IMG/VR virus record: IMGVR_UViG_3300048606_000027
Location: 3,224-67,223 of that record
Strand: one strand, 5' to 3'
Length of the DNA stretch: 64,000 nt
From: a virus
Lineage: Duplodnaviria; Caudoviricetes
The notes under the pieces were generated by a model. It had not been told where the DNA came from. It searched no databases and was given only the letters and a program-made list of their open reading frames with translations. The translations under genes were made by a program, and so were the position numbers. Below are positions 40,040 to 49,501 of the stretch, piece after piece. The number at the start of each line of letters is the position of its first letter. The stretch's first letter is position 1.

Positions 40040-40657
40040 TTAGGCGTCGGATACATCAAAGCCGACTATGGAAAACCGGCCATATGTTGGTCGAAAGTCT
40101 CCCAGTCCGCCAATGCGTCCCGCCAATGTGATAACTTCATGAAGAAGGTCTTGTCCGACATATTCCGGCAACGTGACCATCATCCGGAACTCGCAGGACC
40201 AACCAGCACGCATCGCCGGTCGAATGCGATTGATGCCCGCGCGTTGAATGACGACGCGCCGTTTGTCTTCATAGTCCCACTTCTTGACGCCAAGGCTTGC
40301 CAGCGGAGTCAATGAGACAACCGCCGCTTTGAACAAGTCCATGGCAGACTTGCGAGGGCTGCGAGGGTCCTGTTTGAACTTTGCCGCGAGGATCGCCGCG
40401 CCGCGCAGATATTCACCGGGAATGCAGATCATGCCCGTATCGTCCCGGTAAACATAGCTTTCGACATCATCGGTTTTCTTGGCCGCGCTGTTCTTCGCCG
40501 CCTTCGCTTTTGTGTCTACGCTTTCGGCGTTCCAGCGGTGGAACAGAATGTCAGCCGTGCCACGAATTTTAATCGTCGCGACGTAAGGCATCTCTGTTTC
40601 GATACCTTGGCGACCTCCGTTGGTAACATCATCGTTGATCTTTCTTACTTCGTTCAT
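40040..40657 (-). CDS. Solitary RAMP/Cas7-like protein (~205 aa), putative RNA-guided effector
   Basis: N-terminal beta strand YVATIKIRGTADILFH; RAMP-like CIPGEYLRGA; R.RP...W..EF; C-terminal Gly-rich loop AGRIGGLGDFRPTYGRF; RBS GGGAG upstream of the ATG at 40657. Confidence 0.75.
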   Translation of the reverse strand: MNEVRKINDDVTNGGRQGIETEMPYVATIKIRGTADILFHRWNAESVDTKAKAAKNSAAKKTDDVESYVYRDDTGMICIPGEYLRGAAILAAKFKQDPRSPRKSAMDLFKAAVVSLTPLASLGVKKWDYEDKRRVVIQRAGINRIRPAMRAGWSCEFRMMVTLPEYVGQDLLHEVITLAGRIGGLGDFRPTYGRFSIVGFDVSDA

Positions 40658-40667
40658 TTCAAACTCC

Positions 40668-40832
40668 CAAACAAACCCAACCAGACCGAACCTCGGCGAG
40701 CCATGCTCCAGCATGCCGCGCCATACCGAACCTCACACAACCGCTCCGGACCCAACTCGATCCCACCCGAGCCAACCGAACCTTGCCATTCCAGATCATG
40801 CCGGACCGGACCCGACCACACCTTGGCGTTCC
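40668..40832 (-). repeat. Phased pentamer array A (GGY-NN x33), putative guide-RNA array in the 5' leader
   Basis: Minus strand GGAAC GCCAA GGTGT GGTCG GGTCC GGTCC GGCAT ... GGTCT GGTTG GGTTT GTTTG; 20/33 GGY, 30/33 start with G; the next in-phase unit GGAGT is the RBS. Confidence 0.9.
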
Positions 40833-40837
40833 TAACA

Positions 40838-40890
40838 GAATACCGGATACCGCAAATAGGTTTGACCGTCAATAAGGAATACGGTATTTC
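40838..40890. promoter_or_regulatory. Symmetric back-to-back sigma70-type promoters with operator inverted repeats
   Basis: Palindrome TTGACCGTCAA (40862-40872) gives both -35 boxes; leftward TTGACG-17-TATCCG, rightward TTGACC-17-TATTTC; AATACCG...CGGTATT inverted repeat over the -10 regions. Confidence 0.65.
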
Positions 40891-40896
40891 TTTTGT

Positions 40897-41058
40897 ATGG
40901 CACGCGAATTGAAATTACCCGAACACATTCAAGGCAAATTGGCCGAAGGAACGCTGATGCGTTTGGATGCCAAATTGTTGCCAGGGGAAACGCGGGGAGA
41001 ACAATTGCGGCGAGTTATCGAGGAATGGCTGGCCAATAATCCCTTGCCCATTTCGTGA
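40897..41058 (+). CDS. Small ribbon-helix-helix regulator (53 aa, not in the ORF track)
   Basis: MARELKLPEHIQGKLAEGTLMRLDAKLLPGETRGEQLRRVIEEWLANNPLPIS; ATG 7 nt after the predicted -10 box (probably leaderless). Confidence 0.65.
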   Translation: MARELKLPEHIQGKLAEGTLMRLDAKLLPGETRGEQLRRVIEEWLANNPLPIS

Positions 41059-41174
41059 GCATCGGATAAGCAAACAGTCAATCGCCCTTAGCCAAGCGTG
41101 CTGGGAGCCTTCGTTAGACGGATCGCGCGGCTCCCGGCTGGGGCAAGCGCCACGATCCAGGCGGAAGCCCCTCG

Positions 41175-41789
41175 ATGGCGGCCAATCTTCTCGCCCCAAA
41201 TGGATTGTCGATGAGCCGTGCCCGACTCGGCATGGCCGGCGACTATGCGGCGCAGCAATTCCAGATCCTGAAAACCACCACGACAGCGATCGGAATGGGC
41301 GACGCCGTCCAGACCGGCACCGGTGGTAGCACGGGATATGTGATCCTCGCCGCCGACGGTGCCACATCGCTGCTCGGCGTGTTCGCGGGCGTGCTGCCCT
41401 ACTACGACACCTCGGCACAGCAAACGATGCACGGCATCAACGGCGCGTGGCCTGTGAACGGCATCCAGACGCCGGGCACTTACATTAATTGCCTCGTGAT
41501 CGCGGACCCGTTCGCCACCTTCATCGCCCAGGTCAACGGCGGCACTTACGATCCGTCCTGGCGCGGCAAGAACATCGGCTGGCTCGCGGGCAGCAACGGT
41601 GCGCCGAACAGTGCTGGCCGATCGACGCTGGTGCTCAGCTTCGCGTCACTCGACACCACCAACACCCTGCCATTCCGCATCGTCGGTTCCGCTGGCGTGA
41701 CCGGCGGACCGCAAGACCCCGCCAACACCAATCCCTGGATCGAGGTTCGGATGAATACCGCCGAAGAACTCGCTCCAACCGGCATTTGA
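41175..41789 (+). CDS. Capsid decoration/cement-like protein
   Basis: Gly/Thr-rich beta protein immediately upstream of the major capsid gene. Confidence 0.6.
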   Translation: MAANLLAPNGLSMSRARLGMAGDYAAQQFQILKTTTTAIGMGDAVQTGTGGSTGYVILAADGATSLLGVFAGVLPYYDTSAQQTMHGINGAWPVNGIQTPGTYINCLVIADPFATFIAQVNGGTYDPSWRGKNIGWLAGSNGAPNSAGRSTLVLSFASLDTTNTLPFRIVGSAGVTGGPQDPANTNPWIEVRMNTAEELAPTGI

Positions 41790-41804
41790 GGCGAGGGACA
41801 GACC

Positions 41805-42713
41805 ATGGCGATCACCACCTCCCAAATCCCCGCTCTGCTCCTGCCGGGCGTCCGCAAGATCAAGGGCCTGTATCGCGAGATGCCGGTCCAGTGGTCTCTC
41901 ATCTACGCCAAGGGCCAGTCGCACATGGAGGCGGAAAAGACCGTCCATGTGCGCTACCTGCCGCTGCCACAGTTGAAGGTGACCGGAGCGCCCACGCAGT
42001 TCGACAACAACTCCGGTCAGCGGTTCACGTGGAACCACATCCATATCGCGTTCGGTCTTGGCTACTCCTTCACCAAGGAAGCGATGGACGACAACCTCTA
42101 CAAGACCTCCTTCAACGCGGCGAACCTCGGCCTCGCGCGGTCGTTCCGCCAGATGAAGGAAGTCCAGGGCGCGGCCACGCTCAACACCGGAAACGTGCTC
42201 AATCCGCAGATCGGCGGCGACAACCTGCCGCTGTTCTCGACGCAGCATCCGGTTGACGGCTACGTGGTTCCGAACACGCCGACGACGCAGGTTGGCCTGA
42301 ACGAAAACTCGCTGATCCTGGCGAACAACATGACGCGCCGGTTCCGCGATGACGCCGGTCTGCTCTACGGCTCGCAAGGCAAGAAGCTGGTTGTCCCGGT
42401 CGAACTCCGCCACGTCGCCAAGCGGCTGATGGAAACGGAGAAGCGGCCCGGCACGAACAACAACGACGTCTGGTCAGTCAAAGAGAACGACGATCTCCGC
42501 GACGGCTACGTGGTGATGGACTTCCTGACCAGTCCGTATGCTTGGTTTGTATTGTCAGATGCGGGCGGACTGATCTGCCTGGAAAGAAAACCGTTCGAGA
42601 CTTCTATGCAGGTTGACTTTACTACTGACAATCTCATGGTGAAGGCGTATGAGCGTTACTACATGGGTGTTGATGACTGGCGTCTTGGAGTAGGATTTTA
42701 TCCTACAAATTAA
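41805..42713 (+). CDS. Major capsid protein
   Basis: 302 aa; FGLGYSFTKEAMDDNLY, GGDNLPLFSTQHP, DFLTSPYAWFV; position in the head module. Confidence 0.85.
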   Translation: MAITTSQIPALLLPGVRKIKGLYREMPVQWSLIYAKGQSHMEAEKTVHVRYLPLPQLKVTGAPTQFDNNSGQRFTWNHIHIAFGLGYSFTKEAMDDNLYKTSFNAANLGLARSFRQMKEVQGAATLNTGNVLNPQIGGDNLPLFSTQHPVDGYVVPNTPTTQVGLNENSLILANNMTRRFRDDAGLLYGSQGKKLVVPVELRHVAKRLMETEKRPGTNNNDVWSVKENDDLRDGYVVMDFLTSPYAWFVLSDAGGLICLERKPFETSMQVDFTTDNLMVKAYERYYMGVDDWRLGVGFYPTN

Positions 42714-42835
42714 CCATGTAAACAGGAGATAAATAGATCTCTGTTCCTATAGTTAGGCGAAAACAGCGGGTATAGAGCTTGCCTTGATGGTTAAGATGGG
42801 TTATCATCCTGTCCCTAACCACAAGGAACACGAGG

Positions 42836-43933
42836 ATGAACCTATTGGACCGGCTTGAAGCCAATTCGACCTGGATACCGGAGAGCGGATGCCGCGTTTG
42901 GCTCGGCATGATCCACAAGGAGCATGGCCGCATCAAAGTCGCCGGAAAGGCCAGAGACGTTCATCGTGTCGCGTGGGAGATGGAACGCGGACCAATTCCA
43001 AATGGACTATGGGTGCTGCATGATTGTGGCGTGGGGTCGTGCTTCAACGTCGCGCACCTACGGCTCGGAACGAGGACAGAAAACCGCCGTGATCTGAACC
43101 GTCCTGGCGGCTACGATTATTTTTTCCAGCATGGCTCCATGGTGCCGAGATCGCGAGTTCCGGTGACGGATAATCCTCCGGCCAGAAAACCAAAGAGCAA
43201 CGATGCTCCGCTCGACCACGCCGAATTGCTACGGATCATCTCTTATGATCCGGTTCTGGGCGACCTGCGCTGGCGCGCGAGGGATGACCGTGATCATTCA
43301 TGGAACATGAGGTTTGCCGACGAAATTGCCGGATCAGATCAGGCAAACGGTTATCACTACGTTAATTTCAATGGGAAGCTGCGGTTGGCGCACCGTATCG
43401 CTTGGTTCTACATGACCGGCGACTGGCCCGTTGGGCAGATCGACCACATCAACGGTATCCGATCGGACAACCGGTGGCTCAATTTGCGTGTGGTTACGCA
43501 AACGCAAAACAGTGCCAATCAGGGATTGCGCTCGACCAACAGTTCGGGTGTCAAAGGCGTTTCATGGTCGAAGGCAAAGAACCTTTGGCTGGCTACCATC
43601 GTGGTGAACGGCAAGAGCATATTCCTTGGCTACCACAAGACCTTGGATGAAGCCGCTTCAGCCCGCGCGGCTGCGAATGAGAAGTATCACGGCGAACACA
43701 ACAGGGTTGATCCATCTTTTGCCCCGGTGCCGTTCAGCCATCGCAGGAATGACCAATCTGGCGTTAAGGGCGTATCCTTCGACAAGAAGCAGCAGAAATG
43801 GTTCGCTTCGATCACTGCCAAAGGGAAGGCTACCTTCCTGGGCCGGTTCAAGACATTCGAGGAAGCCGCCGCCGCTCGCCGTGCCGCCGAGGCCCTTCAT
43901 CATGGCGATTTCGCCTCTCAGGGAACCCACTGA
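42836..43933 (+). CDS. Tandem HNH-HNH-AP2-AP2 homing endonuclease
   Basis: First HNH (VHRVAW..VLHDC..CFNVAHLRLGT), second HNH (IDHINGIRSDNRWLNLR), two SGVKGV..W.A.I...LG.F AP2 repeats. Confidence 0.88.
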   Translation: MNLLDRLEANSTWIPESGCRVWLGMIHKEHGRIKVAGKARDVHRVAWEMERGPIPNGLWVLHDCGVGSCFNVAHLRLGTRTENRRDLNRPGGYDYFFQHGSMVPRSRVPVTDNPPARKPKSNDAPLDHAELLRIISYDPVLGDLRWRARDDRDHSWNMRFADEIAGSDQANGYHYVNFNGKLRLAHRIAWFYMTGDWPVGQIDHINGIRSDNRWLNLRVVTQTQNSANQGLRSTNSSGVKGVSWSKAKNLWLATIVVNGKSIFLGYHKTLDEAASARAAANEKYHGEHNRVDPSFAPVPFSHRRNDQSGVKGVSFDKKQQKWFASITAKGKATFLGRFKTFEEAAAARRAAEALHHGDFASQGTH

Positions 43934-45208
43934 ATGGCCACCAGCATCATTGACGGACCGTGGCACGTCTCGGGGGCGATGCAGCCTCTCGCGGCGACCG
44001 ATTTCGGTTCCGGCGGGGTTCCGGACCCCAACAACGACGCCAGCCCATCGCTGTTCTATCAAGGCGTCGGCATCCCTGATCCACGCCTCGTCTATTTGAA
44101 GGACAAGGTGACCGGCTACACTGGCGTGGTGCAGGCATTCCAGTCGATGCCCACGCTGCAATCCGTCAATCAGATCCCGGCCGCTCTTGGTGCGGCGCTG
44201 ATCGCGGCGGCCCAGAATGTCGTGATCAACGTGCCGATGACGCTGGCGGTAGCGGCGGTCGGCATCACCCGGAATGTTCCGATCCGGCCATTCTCCGCCG
44301 TGTCCAATGGTGGCACGCCCGTGACGGCTGCCATCGCGCTCGATTTCGGCTTCGCGTTCGGCAATTGCGCGGCTGGCAATCCGACGATCACTGTCGCCCG
44401 CAGCTCGGACTTCGTCGTTGGGATGCCGCTGGTCATTGGTGGCGTGGGCAATTCGGGCGGCACGATTCCGTTGCTTACCCAGGTGGCCAGTCTCGCGTCG
44501 GCGACCACGATCACGGTCACGCCAACCGCCGTCCCACTGGCGACCAATGCCACCGCGCCGATTGGCACCGGCGATCTATGGGGACCGAACCCGAACGGCT
44601 TCCCCGCGCCTCTGGCCGCTTCGCCGTTCATCGCCGGCGGTCCGGGACTGTTCCTTGATCCGCGCCAGACCATCGCCCGCGTGGTGTCGATCTCGTCGGG
44701 GGCGGGTGCGGCGGGCGGCGACTTCACCGTGGCGGGCTGGGATATCTACGGTCAGCCGATGACGGAGACGATCACGGTTGGCGCGGGCGTGGCCACGGCC
44801 TACGGGCAGAAGGCGTTCAAGTATATCGCTTCGGTCACCCCGTTGGCGACGAACGCGTTCAACTATTCGGTCGGCACCGGCGATGCGTTTGGCTTTCATT
44901 TCCGGTCCGATACCTGGGAGGATACGCTGGTCTCCTGGGTCGCCGCGACGCAGGTTGCCACGCAGGGATGGACGGCTGGCGATCAAACCTCGCCCGCGAC
45001 CGCGACCACGAACGATGTGCGCGGCACGATCCAGACGGGGGCGGCTGGCTCCGGAACGGGTATCGGCGCGACCGCATCCAACGGCACCGTATCCGGCCTG
45101 CTGATGAGCGGACGGCGGCTAATGATGGCGCAGCGCATCCCGGTTCAGTCGATGCTGCGGGCCACGCCGAGCGCGCCACAGACACTCTTTGGCGTTAGCC
45201 AGGTCTAA
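43934..45208 (+). CDS. Virion structural protein
   Basis: Ala/Gly/Thr/Val-rich beta protein; G.DIYGQPMTETI motif. Confidence 0.6.
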   Translation: MATSIIDGPWHVSGAMQPLAATDFGSGGVPDPNNDASPSLFYQGVGIPDPRLVYLKDKVTGYTGVVQAFQSMPTLQSVNQIPAALGAALIAAAQNVVINVPMTLAVAAVGITRNVPIRPFSAVSNGGTPVTAAIALDFGFAFGNCAAGNPTITVARSSDFVVGMPLVIGGVGNSGGTIPLLTQVASLASATTITVTPTAVPLATNATAPIGTGDLWGPNPNGFPAPLAASPFIAGGPGLFLDPRQTIARVVSISSGAGAAGGDFTVAGWDIYGQPMTETITVGAGVATAYGQKAFKYIASVTPLATNAFNYSVGTGDAFGFHFRSDTWEDTLVSWVAATQVATQGWTAGDQTSPATATTNDVRGTIQTGAAGSGTGIGATASNGTVSGLLMSGRRLMMAQRIPVQSMLRATPSAPQTLFGVSQV

Positions 45209-45896
45209 TTTGTCAAATCCTTCGATCATATCTCTTGCGCTCCCGGCGCTCGATGCTGACGGGATAAGCCTCTCGCAGACGCCGGGCGCCGCTGGCAACC
45301 TGACGATCACCGGGTCATTCGCAACCGCTGGCGTGGCAACGCTGACGCCAGCCCGGCGAGTGGCGGTGGCCTCGGACGGCAACGACGCGACCAAGACGTT
45401 CACCATCTACGGCACGGACCGCAACGGTAACGCTCAGATCGAGACTATCACCGGCGTCAATATCAGCAGTGTCGGCAGCCAGCTTGATTTCCTGACCGTT
45501 ACCAGGGTTGCCGTCGATGCGGCCACGGCGGGCGCGATCACGGTCGGCACGAACGGCACCGGCTCCACCGAATGGGTGCTCGACAACTATCTGGCGTCGT
45601 CATGGGCTCTCGCCATCGCGGTTTCCACCGGCGGCACTGTCACCTATACGGTTGAAGCCACGTACGATGACCCCAACAAGATCGGCACATCCCTGGTGGT
45701 CATGCCGGAGCAATTCTCCAACGAACCCGGCGGCTACGTCCCGGCCAAGGCGTGGCCAAAGTCCGACATGACCGCGAAAACCGCCGACGCGGTGGCGATC
45801 TACGACAATCATCCGATCTTCGCGCATCGGCTGACGATCACGGAGGGCACGGCGCGGGCTACGATGCAATCGATCCAGGCCGGGATCATAAGCTAA
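45189..45896 (+). CDS. Virion structural protein
   Basis: FTIYGTDRNGNAQIETITG, related to the preceding gene. Confidence 0.6.
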   Translation: MALARSNLSNPSIISLALPALDADGISLSQTPGAAGNLTITGSFATAGVATLTPARRVAVASDGNDATKTFTIYGTDRNGNAQIETITGVNISSVGSQLDFLTVTRVAVDAATAGAITVGTNGTGSTEWVLDNYLASSWALAIAVSTGGTVTYTVEATYDDPNKIGTSLVVMPEQFSNEPGGYVPAKAWPKSDMTAKTADAVAIYDNHPIFAHRLTITEGTARATMQSIQAGIIS

Positions 45897-45909
45897 GGAG
45901 TGCCATGCG

Positions 45910-46179
45910 ATGGCTGGACTGATGACGATGGACGAAATGGGTAAGAAAGACCTGACCGAGAAGCACAAGAAGGGCGGCCGCGTGAAGCGCAAGGCTGGCG
46001 GCATGGTCCCTGGCGATGCGCCGGCGGCACGCCCCGACCGGCGCGCGCGTGGCGGCAGCATCGATGTGAACCCCGTCAGTGCGGCCGGGAAGATGACCAA
46101 GATGCCCTACGAGGCGAACCAGCAGCCGGCGCACGACGTGGGCGGCAAGGGGCCGGACTCGGACATCTACAAGGACTAA
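45910..46179 (+). CDS. Small basic head-associated protein
   Basis: KKGGRV..AGGMVPG..PAARPDRRARGG, shared with 34582-35229. Confidence 0.55.
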   Translation: MAGLMTMDEMGKKDLTEKHKKGGRVKRKAGGMVPGDAPAARPDRRARGGSIDVNPVSAAGKMTKMPYEANQQPAHDVGGKGPDSDIYKD

Positions 46180-46205
46180 GTTGCGTTCACTGATGGAGGT
46201 GCCAC

Positions 46206-46928
46206 ATGGCTGTCGCGCCCGGCCAGACGAGTGGCACCTATGACTGGTTTTTAAGCAACTCCGGGGTTGTGATCGAGGCTTTCGATCGGATCGGTCTGCG
46301 TCCACCCGAACTAACGCGCCATCACATGATGAGTGCACGAAACTCTATAAATTTGGAATGCCTACAATGGGCCAATGTCGGAATAAATTTGTTCAAAGTT
46401 ATCTCCGGCACGATCAATCTCATCGCCAATCAGGCGACTTACGCGCTCCAGGCTGATCTCGTTACGCTGACTGACGTTTGGTATACCACGGTCAATGGCA
46501 ACGGCGCCGGTTACAATCAGGACCGCATCCTGACGCCAGTCACGCGGCAGGAATACGCGATGATCCCGAACAAGCTGCAACCCGGCATCCCGAACCAGTT
46601 CTGGTATGAGATGCTGGCCACGCCAACTATCACGTTCTGGCAACCGCCATCGCAGGGTGCGCCAAACTACGTGGTGAACTGGTTCGGGTTGCAGCAAATC
46701 CAGGACGCGAACCTTGGCGGCGGCGAGCGCCCGGATATCGTCTACCGGGCGATCGATGCGTTGTGCGCCCGGCTCGCGTGGCGGCTCGCGATCAAGTTCG
46801 CTCCGGCGATGACGGCGGCGCGCAAAGACGATGCCACCGAGGCGTGGAACGACTTCGCCACGCGCGACCAGGAGATGGGTGGGACGGTTATCCAGCCGAA
46901 CGTGTCTGGGTATTGGAGGATCACCTGA
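46206..46928 (+). CDS. Head-tail connector / tail tubular-type protein
   Basis: ARNSINL...W.N.GINLF...Y..IPNK...G.P.QFW; position in the tail module. Confidence 0.6.
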   Translation: MAVAPGQTSGTYDWFLSNSGVVIEAFDRIGLRPPELTRHHMMSARNSINLECLQWANVGINLFKVISGTINLIANQATYALQADLVTLTDVWYTTVNGNGAGYNQDRILTPVTRQEYAMIPNKLQPGIPNQFWYEMLATPTITFWQPPSQGAPNYVVNWFGLQQIQDANLGGGERPDIVYRAIDALCARLAWRLAIKFAPAMTAARKDDATEAWNDFATRDQEMGGTVIQPNVSGYWRIT

Positions 46929-47701
46929 TGGCGTTGGGTGACATTCAGGGCCGCGCCAGGACAAGTATTCGGAACCCATCGGCAAAGGGTGAATGCGATC
47001 GGTGCGGCACCTGGAGGCAACTAAATGCGCTGCAACGTCAGTTTGAATGGCGCGGAACATCGCTGGCGGATACTGGATATTTAGTGTGCCAGCCGTGCTT
47101 GGATACGCCATACGAACAAAATAGAACACTCATTCTCCCGCCCGATCCGATCCCGCGCATCAACCCGCGTCCGAGCCACGATATCACGCCGATCGCCTAT
47201 ATCGGTGGCCCGTTGCCGACTTCGCCGAGCACACAAGGCTTCACCCAATACGTGATCAACGCCGCGGTTCCTGGTGCCTACCCAACTGCCAAACCGGCCG
47301 TGCTGTCGGCCATCGCATCGCTATCCGGCATCGCCACGCCAGCGGGTATCGTTGACCGCTCCACCGTCGTCGATCCGGCGAATGCGTCGGTTCCGGTGAT
47401 GGCGCCGAACAGCACGCGCAACTGGCTCTTGCTCTACAATCCGTCCGGCCCGCAGGTGCAGGTGACGCTCGGTCCGACCGCGACGTGGGGGACGATCACC
47501 AACCTGATCATGGGACCGGGCGAGGCGTATTTCTGGGCCGACGCACAGGGTCTCGGAACGACCTACGGCGGCGCGATCTCGATCATCGGCCTGTATCCCG
47601 GGATGGCCTTCTTCGCCTGGGACGTGGCCGAAGGGCAGTTGCTCCTGCAAGACGGTGGCGGGCTGCTTCTGCAAACCGGCGGGGGCTTGTCGCTCGAATG
47701 A
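46928..47701 (+). CDS. Conserved virion-module protein with Cys motif
   Basis: CDRCG...L..QFEWRG...VC..CLD.P. Confidence 0.55.
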   Translation: MALGDIQGRARTSIRNPSAKGECDRCGTWRQLNALQRQFEWRGTSLADTGYLVCQPCLDTPYEQNRTLILPPDPIPRINPRPSHDITPIAYIGGPLPTSPSTQGFTQYVINAAVPGAYPTAKPAVLSAIASLSGIATPAGIVDRSTVVDPANASVPVMAPNSTRNWLLLYNPSGPQVQVTLGPTATWGTITNLIMGPGEAYFWADAQGLGTTYGGAISIIGLYPGMAFFAWDVAEGQLLLQDGGGLLLQTGGGLSLE

Positions 47702-49494
47702 CCGTCCCCTCGGAACCCCTTCTCGATCTGGACAGCCTGCCACTTCCCGTCGATCAGGACGATTGGCTGTATATCGTCCGCGGCACCGGCCCAACCGGAG
47801 CCACTGGTTACAAGGTGCAAGCTGGCTACGTCGCTGATCTGGGTGGCCCAACCGGACCTTCCGGACCCACCGGACCAACGGGACCCGCCGGCACGGGTGC
47901 CACAGGTCCCACGGGCTTGCGTGGTCCTGGCGGCACGGCCGGACGTGGGGCAACTGGTCCCACTGGTCCCACAGGCACATGCTGCGACGGCGAGACAGGT
48001 CCCACGGGAGCGACCGGACCGTCTGGCGCGGGACCGTTCATGGCGCTGGAAGACGATTCCTCGCCGGCCACGAAGATCAGCGAAATGACGCCCGTCGGGC
48101 CGCCCGATACGACTTTCATCGTGCCGGTCATTCAAAACGGCGATACCGCCAGTAACTACCAGGCGCGCGTCACCACGCTGCTGATCGGCGCCCCGGGCAT
48201 CGATGCCACCAGCGCGGGCGACAATTTCTTTCTGATCGGTGGCGACGACAGTCCGACCGGCGGGGATGGCGCGGGTGGCTTCACCATCCGGGGCGGCATG
48301 GGCGTCTCAGGAGGCGCGGCGGGCGGCGTGACGCTTGAAGGTGGCGAAGGCGCCGCCGGAGGCGTTGGCGGCAGCGTGGTCATTCGCGGAGGCGCCAACT
48401 CCGGTGTCGGCAATGTCGGCACGATCACGATCCTGACCCGGGACGCGGCGTTCGGCTCCGGGAAAAACGGTGGGACCATTGTCGCCAATACCGGATCCGG
48501 CGACGGCGCGGCGCATGGCGGGTCCTGGATCATGGATCTCGGGGATGGTGGTGACACCGGCAATGGCGGTGTCGTCTCGATCGCGACTGGTAGGGGCGGA
48601 TCAACATCCGGCGAGGGTGGGTCGTTCCTGCTCAATTTGGGCGAAGGAGGCGGCACGGGAAACGGCGGGTCATTCGCCGTTCAGGGCGGCGCCGCGGACA
48701 ACGGTGGCGGCGGCCAGATCTCTTTCGTCACGGGAGCGGCGAATACTGGCATCGGTGGGAACTTCACGATCGTTCTCGGTGCCGGTTCGGTGGCTGATGG
48801 GCACCTAATTCTAGGGAACGTTGGCACGACCGATCCCGTTAGCGCGGGCTCGATGTGGAACAACGAAGGGTATCTGTCGTTCTCGGGGGCGGCGCCACCT
48901 GCCTTGCGCGCCGAACAGGCGTTCCTGACCTCTGGCGATTGGGTTTGTCCCGTGGGTGTATACCGGGCCAAGGTGCGCGTCTGGGCGGCTGGAGGAGGCG
49001 GGGGAGGCGGTAATGCCACGGGCGCCGGCGGCGGTGCATCGGGCGCTGGATATGCCGAGGGTATTTTCGCCGTTATTCCTGGCGATAGTTACGCCGTTAC
49101 CGTCGGTGCTGGCGGTGCTGGCGGTTCGGCCAACAATGATGGGGCCGATGGTGGCGATTCGTCGTTCGGCATATTGTGCTCCGCCAGTCCCGGTAATGGT
49201 GGTTTGGGGATCGGCGGGGGTCTGGCGGGCGGCCAGTCAACCGTCGGCGCGGGCACCGGCGGCACACTCAATGTCACGGGCAGCGTGGGATTTGGCGCCA
49301 ATGGTCCGCTCGGCGGCGCGTATCTCGCGGGCGTTGGCGGAGGGTGCTTTGGTTCCAGCACAGTGTTCGGTCCGATCTCATCGACCGGCCAGGTCGGCAA
49401 CATGGGAGCGTTCCCTGGCGGTGGCGGCTCTGGGGGCGCCCTCGTGGGGGGCGGTGGCGATGGCGGCGACGGGCTGGTGATCGTCGAATGGTGA
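47698..49494 (+). CDS. Tail fibre with collagen-like (GPT)n and Gly-rich domains
   Basis: [13 protein letters not shown] repeats followed by GG-rich repeats. Confidence 0.7.
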   Translation: MTVPSEPLLDLDSLPLPVDQDDWLYIVRGTGPTGATGYKVQAGYVADLGGPTGPSGPTGPTGPAGTGATGPTGLRGPGGTAGRGATGPTGPTGTCCDGETGPTGATGPSGAGPFMALEDDSSPATKISEMTPVGPPDTTFIVPVIQNGDTASNYQARVTTLLIGAPGIDATSAGDNFFLIGGDDSPTGGDGAGGFTIRGGMGVSGGAAGGVTLEGGEGAAGGVGGSVVIRGGANSGVGNVGTITILTRDAAFGSGKNGGTIVANTGSGDGAAHGGSWIMDLGDGGDTGNGGVVSIATGRGGSTSGEGGSFLLNLGEGGGTGNGGSFAVQGGAADNGGGGQISFVTGAANTGIGGNFTIVLGAGSVADGHLILGNVGTTDPVSAGSMWNNEGYLSFSGAAPPALRAEQAFLTSGDWVCPVGVYRAKVRVWAAGGGGGGGNATGAGGGASGAGYAEGIFAVIPGDSYAVTVGAGGAGGSANNDGADGGDSSFGILCSASPGNGGLGIGGGLAGGQSTVGAGTGGTLNVTGSVGFGANGPLGGAYLAGVGGGCFGSSTVFGPISSTGQVGNMGAFPGGGGSGGALVGGGGDGGDGLVIVEW

Positions 49495-49501
49495 GCGGTT
49501 C

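Noticed and set aside
39883-40832. Calling the pentamer arrays a CRISPR array or a simple microsatellite
   Set aside because: There are no 23-47-nt repeats with unique spacers. Unlike slippage microsatellites, the units are not identical: positions 4-5 vary freely while phase is kept perfectly.
40620-40872. ORFs overlapping the arrays (40620-40835 +, 40654-40872 -, 39743-39934 -, 39968-40315 +) and the upstream start at 40714
   Set aside because: They are by-products of a stop-poor G/C-rich repeat. The RAMP gene has a good RBS and ATG at 40657, and a 5-nt period is not a coding signature.
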